DNA of 64,000 nt. Origin: Nitrospirota bacterium (GTDB lineage Bacteria > Nitrospirota > Thermodesulfovibrionia > Thermodesulfovibrionales > UBA9159). The stretch is from contig CAVOUE010000003.1 of assembly GCA_963699545.1 (NCBI GenBank), positions 480,001-544,000 on the forward strand, written 5' to 3'. The notes below the pieces were generated by a model that saw nothing but the letters and a program-made list of their open reading frames with translations, had not been told where the DNA came from and did no database searches. Numbering within the stretch: the stretch's first letter is position 1; every line of letters begins with the position of its first letter. Both the position numbers and the translations under genes were made by a program. This document shows, piece by piece, positions 20,986 through 30,458 of this stretch.

Positions 20986-21214
20986 ACGTAACCTCCTTCT
21001 CTCTCTTTCCGAAGATAACGCCTGAGACCAGACCCGAAGCCGGCGCTCATCATTCTAAACCTAACAGTTTCACGGGGATGTGTCAACCTTCCCTGACGGT
21101 TGTGGCTGCTCACTGATCCGGAGAGTTAAGGGAAGGATGCGGCCACAGGAAGGATCGAAGAAGAGGGAGGCCTTTCATTGAGAAAAAGGCTTCAGGGCTG
21201 CATAATAGAGTGGT

Positions 21215-22111
21215 ATGAGCAATGAGCAGACTCGCCCTGCCGGACCCGGATATCTCTATGTTGTCCTTGCTGCAGCATTGTGGGCTGCATCGGGGACGGC
21301 ATCCAAATTCCTTTTCACGGGCGGTGTGACACCTTTTCAGCTTGTGCAGTTCAGGACCACCATTGCTGCCTGCCTGCTCTTTTCCTGGATGCTTGTGAGA
21401 AAACGCAGTCTTCTTTCGATAGAGCGGAAAGATCTGGCCTATCTTATAATGCTGGGGATCGTCCTGGCGGCGGCGCAATTCACCTATCTTTTTGCCATAA
21501 GCAGGATCCATGTGGCGGCGGCTATCCTGCTCCAGTATCAGGCCCCGGTGCTCATAGCAGCGTATGCGGTCGTGTTCGGCCGCCAAAGGCTCTCACTCCT
21601 CACCCTGGCTGCGATAGCAGGTGCAGCTCTGGGCTGTTATCTCATGGTGGGGGCCTATGATCTGGATATGCTGAACATGAACAGGGCAGGGATCATTTCG
21701 GGTCTCGCTTCTGCGGTCGCCTTTGCCCTCTATGCAGTGATGAGCGAATACGGAATGCGCACCTATTCACCCTGGACGGTCCTGTGTTACGCCTTGCTCT
21801 TTGCGGCCGTCGTCTGGAACATCCTACACCCGCCTCTTGCTGCTTTTGGCGGCACATACAGCACCGGCACATGGGGCTGGATCTTCTTCATCGGCTCCTT
21901 CGGCACGGTCGTTCCTTTCGGTCTGTATAACGAAGGGATCAACCTCATTCGCTCCACCCGCGCAAGCATTACCGCTACTCTTGAACCGGTCATGGCCGGC
22001 ACAATCTCCTATTCCTTCCTCGGTGAGATGATGGAACCATGGCAGATCGCGGGCGGGGGACTGGTCATTGCATCCATCCTCATGCTGCAGATACGAAGAG
22101 ACCCGGACTGA
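21215..22111 (+). CDS. EamA/DMT family transporter
   Basis: About 10 TM segments, LQY.APV, ASI.ATLEPV, LGE. Confidence 0.92.
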   Translation: MSNEQTRPAGPGYLYVVLAAALWAASGTASKFLFTGGVTPFQLVQFRTTIAACLLFSWMLVRKRSLLSIERKDLAYLIMLGIVLAAAQFTYLFAISRIHVAAAILLQYQAPVLIAAYAVVFGRQRLSLLTLAAIAGAALGCYLMVGAYDLDMLNMNRAGIISGLASAVAFALYAVMSEYGMRTYSPWTVLCYALLFAAVVWNILHPPLAAFGGTYSTGTWGWIFFIGSFGTVVPFGLYNEGINLIRSTRASITATLEPVMAGTISYSFLGEMMEPWQIAGGGLVIASILMLQIRRDPD

Positions 22112-22179
22112 GGAATAGTTCAGAGTTCACCGCGACACATACGAACAGACATCAAGATCAAGGCGGAACGTTCAACCGG

Positions 22180-23007
22180 TCAGGCGATTGTCAGCCTCTT
22201 CCCTTTCTTCCCGATGAATCCCTCTTTCTGCAGTGCGGCAAGATTCTCTCTTATTTGTTCCGGGTCTGACCTGAGCGCGTACAGTATTTCGGACTCGGAG
22301 ATAGACGGTTTCTTCGAGAGGAGCTTAAGAATCCTTCCCCTGACCTGCCTGTTCGAGCCCTGAAAGGGAGTCTGCTTTTTGTAGTGGGCGCTCCGCCTGT
22401 TTGGGTTTTGAATTTCCTTTTTGAGCATCACCCCATAATCCATAAGCGCGTAGTACCACTCCCGGGAATGGGCATGGTCAAGGGTCTTTTCCACCAGGGG
22501 GAAGATCTCCGAATCTTTAATGCCCTCTCTGTCCTGAAAAAAGAAGTGGATAAAAACTCTCCTGATGTTCGTCTCGATGAATACCGTCGGCCGGCCGAAT
22601 GCAAAGGCAAGGATCGCGGAGGCGCTGTATTTTCCGATCCCGGGCAGTTTCACCAGATCACCTTCAGAAGAGGGGAACGTGCCCCTGAACTCTTCTGTTA
22701 TGATCTCTGCGGTACGCTTCAGGGCGATCGCACGCCGGTTGTACCCCATGCCCTGCCATACCTTGAGTATCTCGTGAAGGGGCGCTTTTGCCAGCGAGGC
22801 AAAGTCGGGGAATGCTTGAACGAACGCTCTATATTTCTTCATCACCCGCTCCACCTGTGTCTGTTGGAGCATGATCTCCGATACGAGGATGCGGTAGGGG
22901 CTCCGTGTTCTTCTCCAGGGAAGACTGCGGGGGTATTCGCGGTAATGCCGATAGATGGTCTCCTGGAATTTCCGGACAGAGTGAGGGGAAAGTGCCTTTC
23001 CCCTCAC
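22180..23007 (-). CDS. mutY: MutY-like HhH-GPD adenine glycosylase without Fe-S motif, C-terminal wHTH
   Basis: LPWR..PY.ILVSEIMLQQTQV, WQGMGYNRRA, LPGIG.Y.A, ETNIRRV, ALMDYG. Confidence 0.85.
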   Translation of the reverse strand: MRGKALSPHSVRKFQETIYRHYREYPRSLPWRRTRSPYRILVSEIMLQQTQVERVMKKYRAFVQAFPDFASLAKAPLHEILKVWQGMGYNRRAIALKRTAEIITEEFRGTFPSSEGDLVKLPGIGKYSASAILAFAFGRPTVFIETNIRRVFIHFFFQDREGIKDSEIFPLVEKTLDHAHSREWYYALMDYGVMLKKEIQNPNRRSAHYKKQTPFQGSNRQVRGRILKLLSKKPSISESEILYALRSDPEQIRENLAALQKEGFIGKKGKRLTIA

Positions 23008-24057
23008 TCCTCTATCTCTTGAAGAAGGGCATCGAGGAGCTCTTTTTCCTTCACTGTCCTTATCACTTTCCCTTTCCTGAAGAGGATACCGACGCCTTTG
23101 CCGCCTGCAATGCCGACATCAGCCTCCCGCGCCTCACCGGGACCGTTCACCACACATCCCATGACCGCTACAGTGAGGGGTTTCTTACTATTCCGGAGAC
23201 GGTTCTCGACCTTTGATGCCAGCCCCCTGATGTCGATCTGACATCTGCCGCATGTCGGACAGGAGATGATGTTGACTCCCTTCTCCCTTATTCCCAGGGA
23301 TTTAAGGATCTCATACCCTACCCTCACTTCTTCCACGGGGTCAGCCGAGAGGGAGAACCCTTATGGTGTCCCCTATGCCTTCGGACAGGAGTATGCCAAG
23401 GCCCACCGAACTCTTGATCATGCCGGTGAATGACGGCCCTGCCTCTGATATGCCGATATGGAGGGGATAGCTGAAACGGCGGGAGAAGAGCCGGTACGCA
23501 TCTACGGTCGTGGGGACATTCGACGCCTTGAGAGATACCTTTATCTCCCTGAACCCCAGCCCCTCCAGGATGTCGATGTGTTCAGCAGCGCTCTCCACCA
23601 GGGCTTCCGGAGTGGGATGGCGGTATTTTTCGAGGAGTTTTTTCGAAAGTGAGCCTGCATTGACGCCGACCCTTATGGAGATGCCCCTGCCGGATGCTGC
23701 AGAGACGACCTCTGCGACCTTCCATCTTGCGCCGATATTACCCGGATTTATCCGCAGTCCGTCCACTCCCTGCCGCATCGCTTCGAGGGCAAGCCTCCAG
23801 TCAAAGTGGATGTCCGCAATGACCGGGATAGGGGAAGACTTCTTGATCTTACCCAGGGCTTCGGCTGCCCCCCTGTCAGGGACCGCTATCCTTATGATCT
23901 CACAGCCCGCCTCTGCAAGGGCTCTGATCTGCCTCAGGGTCGATCTCACGTCCCTTGTGTCGGTCTTTGTCATGGACTGAACAGGGATCGGGTTCCCTCC
24001 GCCTATCAGGACATCGCCGACATGTACCACCTTTGTCTTCCTTCTTTTTTTTACCAA
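23004..24057 (-). CDS. ispG: HMBPP synthase (frameshift near 23356)
   Basis: VQSMT, ADIHF, RINPGN, GVNAGSL, GIGDTIRV, then SCPTCGR, AVMGCVVNGPGEA. Confidence 0.95.
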
Positions 24058-24061
24058 TGTC

Positions 24062-25063
24062 CTATCCTTCTTTTTTCTTCTTTTTGTCCCTGTAGGCCTT
24101 TACCGCATTTTCATGGTTGCCCAGCGTTGCCGAGAAATTATGTGTGCCGTCGTTGTTCGAGACAAAGTATAAATAGGGGACATCTGCAGGATTGAGGGCG
24201 GCCTGGATCGATCTGAGCCCGGGTGATGCTATGGGTCCCGGCGGGAGCCCTTTAATCACATAGGTATTATAAGGTGTCTTTCTCAAAAGATCGTCCCTGG
24301 TTATCTTTTCCCGCGAACCCTTCACCCCATATATGGCGGTAGGGTCTGCCTGGAGGAGCATGCTCTTTTTAAGTCTGTTATAGTACACCCCTGCGATTAT
24401 GGGCCGTTCTTTGTCGGTGATAGCCTCTTTTTCCACAATGGAAGCCATCGTAAGCACTTCCCTTTCCGGGATGTCGATCTCCATCTGGCGTGCCATCATC
24501 TTGTCATCGAACTGCTCCCTCAGGCGGTTCACCATGATGATCAGGATATCCTGGGCTTCGAGCCCTTTGGGGAACCTGTAGGTATCGGGGAACAGATAGC
24601 CTTCGAGCGAAGGAGCATCCACGTCGAGGCTGTCAAGGAACTCCCTGTCGGTGCAAAGCCTCTGAAATTCCTCACTGTCCGTTATCCGCAAGGCGGTGAA
24701 CTTTGTTTCGATCTCCCTCAGGGAATCGCCGGGCACGACAGTGATCTCGTACTCGATGATCTTCCCCTTACGGATGGCGGTGAAGATCTGCCAGGGGTTC
24801 ATGGTTCCCCAGAGGGAGTAGAACCCTGCCTTGATCCTGCGGTCCACGCCGGTCGCGCGGCCAAGAACATAGATGACCCACCTGTCTCTGACCAGCCCTC
24901 TCTCGGAAAGGGAATTCACCACCTGTTTAAAGGTCGCGCCGCGCTTGATCTCGAACTCTATGGGTTTGTTCCCGAAGGGGAGAGGAATGAACAGTTCAAC
25001 AGCAGCATAAATAAGGAAGACAAGAAGGAGAGCTGCCGCTATGAGCGCGTAACTTTTTTTCAT
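24062..25063 (-). CDS. mltG: Endolytic transglycosylase MltG
   Basis: N-terminal TM, EGYLFPDTY, ASIVEKE, LQADPT, PYNTY..GLPPGPI, YLYFV. Confidence 0.95.
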   Translation of the reverse strand: MKKSYALIAAALLLVFLIYAAVELFIPLPFGNKPIEFEIKRGATFKQVVNSLSERGLVRDRWVIYVLGRATGVDRRIKAGFYSLWGTMNPWQIFTAIRKGKIIEYEITVVPGDSLREIETKFTALRITDSEEFQRLCTDREFLDSLDVDAPSLEGYLFPDTYRFPKGLEAQDILIIMVNRLREQFDDKMMARQMEIDIPEREVLTMASIVEKEAITDKERPIIAGVYYNRLKKSMLLQADPTAIYGVKGSREKITRDDLLRKTPYNTYVIKGLPPGPIASPGLRSIQAALNPADVPYLYFVSNNDGTHNFSATLGNHENAVKAYRDKKKKKEG

Positions 25064-25134
25064 TATTTAGAATGACAGAAAAGCAGAAAGATGTAAAGGG
25101 AAGACAGAGGGGCGCTCGTCTATCAGGGATTAAA

Positions 25135-25192
25135 TGTAAAGGTTAGGACTTCACCATCCTGACACTGGATGTTCAGTTCTCACTCCTTCCTG
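25135..25192 (+). repeat. Direct-repeat copy 1, possible IS end relic
   Basis: AGGACTTCACCATCCTGACACTG (25145-25167) identical to 26893-26915; weaker similarity continues for about 25 bp. Confidence 0.75.
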
Positions 25193-25306
25193 TACACCAC
25201 AGCGGAGCCTGTTCCACATTCACTGTCGGGTATCTTCTAAAATAGTCAATCTGCCAACTTTCCTATAAATTACGCCTATTCGCGTTTAGTCTTTATTATC
25301 AGCAAT

Positions 25307-25430
25307 TACGAACTTCTATGCGGACGTTCCTGCCGTTAATGCTGAGTCTTCTTCTATCGATTTTAGCGTTGTGGTATATTTAGTCAATAGGATCACTAAA
25401 TCGGAAGTTCGTATAATCATTGTTAGGCGC
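25307..25430 (+). other. Putative integron attI/att core region
   Basis: GTTAGGC core (25422-25428) at a sharp AT-rich to GC-rich junction; 10-bp inverted repeat 25307-25316 / 25404-25413. Confidence 0.45.
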
Positions 25431-25462
25431 TGTTGGCCGCAACACAGGATAAGGAGGAAACC

Positions 25463-26848
25463 ATGACGAATTTGCAAGCTGGGAAGATCGAGGAGTTGAA
25501 AGGTGGCTTCAAGGGAGAGATCCTTCTTCCAAGCGACGGTGCCTACGAAAGCGCACGTAAGATCTGGAACGCGATGATCGACAAGCGCCCCGCGGTCATC
25601 GCTCGCTGTGCCACCACGTCGGACGTCGTCCGCGGGGTGAACTTCGCGAGGGACAACGGGCTCTTGCTTGCCGTCCGCGGGGGCGGGCACAACATCGCCG
25701 GCAATGCCATGTGCGACGACGGGCTCGTGATCGACCTTTCGAAGATGAAGGCCGCGCTGGTTGACCCCGCCGGGCGCCGCGTTACCATCGAAGGCGGTGC
25801 CACGCTGGCGGACCTCGACGCCGCCACTCAGGCCCACGGCCTTGCCACGCCGGTCGGCATCAATTCCACTACCGGCATCGCCGGACTGACTCTCGGCGGG
25901 GGTTTCGGCTGGCTCAGTCGCAAATACGGCATGACTGTTGACAACCTCGAGTCCGCCGAGGTCGTGACCGCGGCCGGTGAGGTGGTGCACGCCAGCGCAA
26001 CCGAGCACCCCGACCTCTTCTGGGCTCTCCGAGGCGGCGGCGGCAACTTCGGCGTGGTCACCCGCTTTGAGTTCCGACTCCACCCTGTCGGCCCTGACGT
26101 GCTGAGCGGGCTCATCGTGTACCCGATCTCGGAGGCGAAGTCGGTGTTGCAGCAGTACCGTGAGTTCATCGCCAAGGTGCCGGAGGATCTCTCCGTGTGG
26201 ACCATCCTGCGCCAAGCGCCGCCCTTGCCGTTTCTCCCCGAAAGGGTTCACGGCAAGGGGATCATCGCGCTCGCGCTGGTCTATGCGGGCGACCCGAAGC
26301 AGGGTGAGCCGCTCATCGAGCCGTTGCGCAAGTTCGGCACCCCACTGGGCGAACACGTCGGCGTCCAGCCTTACGTCGCCTGGCAGCAGACCTTCGACCC
26401 ACTGCTCACCTCCGGCGCCCGCAATTATTGGAAGTCTCACAATCTCGCGACTCTCAAGGACGGGCTCTTCGACTCCGTCATCTCGTATATCGGGAAGTTG
26501 CCGTCGCCTCAATGCGAGATCTTTTTCGGCGCAATCGGCGGTGCCACCGCACGGCCGGCTCCGGGCTCAACGGCGTACGCACACCGTGACGCCAGGTTCG
26601 TCATGAACGTCCACGGCCGCTGGGAGGACCCGGCCGACGACAATCTCTGTATCGGCTGGGCGCGCGACTTCTTCAAGGCCTCGGCACCCTTCGCCAGCGG
26701 CGGCGTCTACGTCAATTTCCTCACCGCCGACGAGGGCGATCGCGTGCGCTCCGCCTATGGCCCGAACTACGATCGCCTCACCCAGGTGAAGCGCAAGTAC
26801 GACCCGGACAACCTCTTTCGCATGAACCAGAATATCGAGCCGGCCTGA
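25463..26848 (+). CDS. FAD-binding oxidoreductase (berberine-bridge/VAO family), GC-rich
   Basis: RGGGHN, G..GLTLGGG.G, LFWALRGGGGNFGVVT, YVNF, KYDPDNLF; AAGGAGG SD. Confidence 0.93.
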   Translation: MTNLQAGKIEELKGGFKGEILLPSDGAYESARKIWNAMIDKRPAVIARCATTSDVVRGVNFARDNGLLLAVRGGGHNIAGNAMCDDGLVIDLSKMKAALVDPAGRRVTIEGGATLADLDAATQAHGLATPVGINSTTGIAGLTLGGGFGWLSRKYGMTVDNLESAEVVTAAGEVVHASATEHPDLFWALRGGGGNFGVVTRFEFRLHPVGPDVLSGLIVYPISEAKSVLQQYREFIAKVPEDLSVWTILRQAPPLPFLPERVHGKGIIALALVYAGDPKQGEPLIEPLRKFGTPLGEHVGVQPYVAWQQTFDPLLTSGARNYWKSHNLATLKDGLFDSVISYIGKLPSPQCEIFFGAIGGATARPAPGSTAYAHRDARFVMNVHGRWEDPADDNLCIGWARDFFKASAPFASGGVYVNFLTADEGDRVRSAYGPNYDRLTQVKRKYDPDNLFRMNQNIEPA

Positions 26849-26859
26849 GAGGACAGGAT

Positions 26860-26892
26860 GCGCCCAGCAACCGGCTGCAGCGGACGGCGTTC
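26860..26892 (+). other. Truncated attC-like left arm
   Basis: GCGCCCAGC matches the reverse complement of upstream GTTAGGCGC at 7/9, then AACCGGCTGCAGCGGACGGCG; begins 12 bp after the stop. Confidence 0.5.
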
Positions 26893-26941
26893 AGGACTTC
26901 ACCATCCTGACACTGCATGGTGCAGTATTAACTTCTTCCTG
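26893..26941 (+). repeat. Direct-repeat copy 2
   Basis: 23 bp identical to 25145-25167 plus a degenerate extension. Confidence 0.75.
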
Positions 26942-27011
26942 GAATCCGCACTTGAAAACCCAGCCCCGAAGGTGTATAGTGCAACTAATAACTTCATTAA
27001 AGGAGGAACTA

Positions 27012-27581
27012 ATGAAGAAGAAAAGTGTGCTGCTATTGTTGTACGTTGTGTCGTTAAGTGTTGTCAGTTATGCTTCCGACGCGGTTGTGGAGAGACCAGT
27101 CTATTCTGCCGGCGATTATTGGATTTTCGTTGATGGAAAAGGCAAAAGCAGTAAACTGGAATTCCTGAGAGAAGAAAAAGATACATATGTGTTTAGAAGG
27201 AACGGGACTGAGGTTGTTAAGGATTTTAGCCTTATGGACGTTAGCAAAAAAACAGAAGGATTTCCCGGGCCTATTATCAGGTTTCCTTTGAAGAAAGGCA
27301 ATTGGTGGAACTATGAATTTACAGCGAAACCTTATACAACACGGCCAGGAAACTATCCGATTGCCCGTTATGAAGCGGTGGATGACGACAAGATTACCGT
27401 GCCAGCCGGCACTTTCCGGGCAATAAAGATTACCGTAACCATAGATGTCCAAAGAGAACTCAAAAGAAGTGTTCAGACCGTTAGTTCCGCCACCTATTGG
27501 TATGCCCCGGACGTTAAACAAATAATAAAAGCTGAAAAAGGGGAAGTTCAATGGGAGTTGAAGAAGTATAAAATTAAATAG
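27012..27581 (+). CDS. Hypothetical secreted beta-rich protein, AT-rich
   Basis: AGGAGG SD, signal peptide, P.Y..GD.W, ITVPAGTF.AIKI, YWYAPDVK. Confidence 0.78.
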   Translation: MKKKSVLLLLYVVSLSVVSYASDAVVERPVYSAGDYWIFVDGKGKSSKLEFLREEKDTYVFRRNGTEVVKDFSLMDVSKKTEGFPGPIIRFPLKKGNWWNYEFTAKPYTTRPGNYPIARYEAVDDDKITVPAGTFRAIKITVTIDVQRELKRSVQTVSSATYWYAPDVKQIIKAEKGEVQWELKKYKIK

Positions 27582-27606
27582 TGTCTGGCATAAAGTCACG
27601 TTTTTC

Positions 27607-27678
27607 TGTCATTCCGGTCTGTCTGGAACCTTTCCGACCAGAAGGATTCCCGACGCGCTTTGCTTGCGGGAATGACAA
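27607..27678 (-). repeat. REP-like palindromic element, copy 3 (inverted)
   Basis: Reverse complement begins TTGTCATTCCCGCAAGCAAAGCGCGTCGGGAATCCTTCT, nearly identical to 2846-2884. Confidence 0.88.
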
Positions 27679-27697
27679 CTGACAGTGGATCTTCGCC

Positions 27698-27745
27698 ATG
27701 AAGGCATCTTACCATAGGACACTGCTGGCAGGAGTCGCGGGCGGG
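27698..27745 (+). pseudogene. 48-bp 5' fragment of a paralog of the 32899 membrane-protein gene
   Basis: 44/48 identical to 32899-32946, starting at the ATG. Confidence 0.75.
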
Positions 27746-27746
27746 T

Positions 27747-28226
27747 CTACAGGGTTAGCAGGTTTCTTGATGCCATGAAGTTCCTGATTATCTCGGCGTG
27801 TGCCCTTTCCGCCTCGGAAAGTCTCCGCAGAAGTCCAGTTATCTCTTTGTCCAGCTCTATTTCTATCTCGCCCCGTATCAGTTCCTGCAAGTATTTCTCG
27901 CCGGTGAGATCTTCAATTTCGAGAGCTATATCACATGCTTCCTTGAGTCCCAGGCCGCCGGACAAGAGTTTCATTGTCTTTTTCAAGTGATAGAGGGCAT
28001 GTTCCAGCTCTAAGGTCGAATTGGGCACGAACTCCGGTGGTAAAACTCTCCTCTTGTGAGCTAATTTTGCTTTCTCTACAAGCTTCTCATGATTCTCTTC
28101 GGATACGGACAGGCCCTTAAATACCTCATTTTCCCCGGGGAAAAGCAACGCAAGCGTGCGGTATATGAGGGCAGTTTCTTTCTCTATGCTGCCACAAAGA
28201 TTCAAACGTCTATTGACAATGGGCAT
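27747..28226 (-). CDS. Ferritin/rubrerythrin-like helical bundle protein
   Basis: IEK...Y, EENH, EIE, E.YL, AE.AH diiron-type motifs. Confidence 0.75.
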   Translation of the reverse strand: MPIVNRRLNLCGSIEKETALIYRTLALLFPGENEVFKGLSVSEENHEKLVEKAKLAHKRRVLPPEFVPNSTLELEHALYHLKKTMKLLSGGLGLKEACDIALEIEDLTGEKYLQELIRGEIEIELDKEITGLLRRLSEAERAHAEIIRNFMASRNLLTL

Positions 28227-28434
28227 AGAACATAGTATATGGTAAGAACGCTGCAGATGTACACCAGAAGCCGGAATCTCACCTTCAAGAAATACCTATT
28301 GGCTACTTCCGGAAATCCTCACCAGTTTCGATTCGCGATACCTGTGCTGTAGTCGGTGAAACCCGAACAAAGCCCTTCCTTGCCTCCTTCCGTAGGACAG
28401 GCTGTGATATACTTAACATGTCGTCGCCGCATTC

Positions 28435-29298
28435 TTGGGGAGTTCTTACAACACCTTGCTCAGCATAATAGGAAAGATAGTGCTCGTAATCCTGATCGGG
28501 TTGATCTCAGGCTACCTGGTCCTTATCGCTTACGTGTATGCAAGACAAGGCAGGATGCTCTATTTCCCCACAAGAGAAATAAAGGCCACGCCTCTGGATA
28601 TCGGGCTCCAGTATGAGGAACTGACATTACAGACGAGGGACGGTATTGATATCTCCGCATGGTATATTCCTGCCGAACACCCGAGAGGCTTCCTGCTTTT
28701 TTGTCATGGCAACGCGGGGAACATTTCAGACAGACTCTCTTCGATTCGACTCTTTCATGATCTTGGCCTCGGGGTGCTTATTTTCGATTATCGTGGATAC
28801 GGGAAGAGCCAGGGATCACCGGACGAAGAAGGGACCTACCGCGACGCAGAAGCTGCCTGGCATTACCTTGTAAAGACACTGCATGTGAGCCCCCGGAAGG
28901 TTATTGTCTTTGGACGCTCTCTCGGGAGCGCCGTTGCTGCTGAACTCGCGCTGCGAAAAGAGGTGAGAGCGGTTATCATGGAATCAGGATTTACTTCGGT
29001 GTCCGACCTAGGGAAACAGTTCTTCCCGCACCTGCCGGTGAGGCTCATCTCGAAGTATTATTACACCTCCATCGATAAGGTGGGACTCGTTGAAATGCCA
29101 AGGCTCTTCATTCATAGTCCTGATGATGAGATAGTCCCTTATGAGCAGGGCGTGAGACTTTTTGAAAGGGCGGCGGGACCTAAACAATTTCTCAAACTTG
29201 TTGGCGGGCACAATGAGGGATTCTTGCTCTCCGGCGAAGCGTACAGACAGGGCCTCGATGATTTTCTCACACAGTATTTGCCGATTGAAGATAGATAG
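28435..29298 (+). CDS. Membrane-anchored alpha/beta hydrolase (BEM46/ABHD13-like); start uncertain
   Basis: HGNAGN, DYRGYG.S.G, GRSLG, HS.DDEIVP, GGHN. Confidence 0.9.
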   Translation: MGSSYNTLLSIIGKIVLVILIGLISGYLVLIAYVYARQGRMLYFPTREIKATPLDIGLQYEELTLQTRDGIDISAWYIPAEHPRGFLLFCHGNAGNISDRLSSIRLFHDLGLGVLIFDYRGYGKSQGSPDEEGTYRDAEAAWHYLVKTLHVSPRKVIVFGRSLGSAVAAELALRKEVRAVIMESGFTSVSDLGKQFFPHLPVRLISKYYYTSIDKVGLVEMPRLFIHSPDDEIVPYEQGVRLFERAAGPKQFLKLVGGHNEGFLLSGEAYRQGLDDFLTQYLPIEDR

Positions 29299-29503
29299 TA
29301 ATGCTTGTGACCGCACCTGCTTCAGTTGTTAAGAGTGATGCTCCTTGGTTATCAGGAAAGACCTGGCGAGCGACAGGTTTCATTGTTGTCTGGAGAAACA
29401 TCTGGTTGACACAGGTTCCTCTTTTGAGAACTCTCGGTTCGTCGGTGTACGCCCTGTCTCTCACTTAAAATCTACGCACAATGAACGCGAAATGCTCGAT
29501 TTA

Positions 29504-29532
29504 TTGACATAGGCAAGGAGAAAACCTATAAT
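29504..29532 (+). promoter_or_regulatory. Consensus sigma70 promoter
   Basis: TTGACA-17 bp-TATAAT; AGGCAA/TTGCCT inverted repeat straddles the -10. Confidence 0.75.
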
Positions 29533-29602
29533 TATTTGCCTGCAGAAGAGGGTGCAGGATACAAGACTTGCAGCCATCCCATTTGCAAAAAGGAGAGCAC
29601 GT

Positions 29603-30076
29603 ATGAAACGCATTACCTTCGTCACAGCCCTTCTGGCGATTACCATCGCACAATACACGTTTGCCTTGGGCACACCGGATTTCTCGGGTACATGGGTTTT
29701 AGATTCTGCCAGCGACATGGATGCACGCGCAGGTGCAGGCAATCTTGCCAAGAGCAGAGTTGAAATTGTAATCAAACAGACAAGGACAACATTTTCTGTT
29801 GACCGCAAAGCCGGCGACCGGATCGAAACCGCTGTACACAAATTGGACGGCACGGAGAGTATAAACAAATTGCCGAGCGGCAAAGAAAAGAAAAGCAGGT
29901 CAGCGTGGGTCGGTTCGACGCTTGTGACCAAATCGACGACGGATATGGGGAAGACAACGGTGCCGTCGACTGAGGTCTTCTCACTGAGCCCCGATGGCAA
30001 GGTAATGACCATCGAAGTGACCATGCAGACGCCCAACAGAGAGATAAAACGGAAACTGACCTATAACAAACAGTAG
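29603..30076 (+). CDS. Hypothetical secreted lipocalin-like beta-barrel protein
   Basis: Signal peptide, PDFSGTWVLD, LDG, W.G.TLV, LSPDGK.MT; AGGAG SD. Confidence 0.78.
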   Translation: MKRITFVTALLAITIAQYTFALGTPDFSGTWVLDSASDMDARAGAGNLAKSRVEIVIKQTRTTFSVDRKAGDRIETAVHKLDGTESINKLPSGKEKKSRSAWVGSTLVTKSTTDMGKTTVPSTEVFSLSPDGKVMTIEVTMQTPNREIKRKLTYNKQ

Positions 30077-30458
30077 GACCCTGCTGCGCTGCCTGATGCG
30101 GCCTTTTCCGAAGCCATTGCTCATCGGGCATATCAAGCATCGTGTCAGACATGGAATTACATTTAGGGAGTAAAAGGCTCCTTTCGAAGCCTTAGTTTCT
30201 TGGACCTTTTACTCCTTCCCACCAACTGTGTAACCCCTGAACTACTTCCTAAACTTGACAACAGTTCCGATGTCCTGAATCTACCTCTTTCCGCTCGAAC
30301 ATCTCAGAATCCGGCAATCGTGGCTCACGTTAATTACTTCCGATACACCACAGCGTCGATGAGAGCGGACAGTGCATAGGTTTTTTCTTGCAACAAATGT
30401 CGGGTCTGACCTTGCTGACATGCAATCTTGTGGATGGTGTACAGGCGCTTATCGCAGT

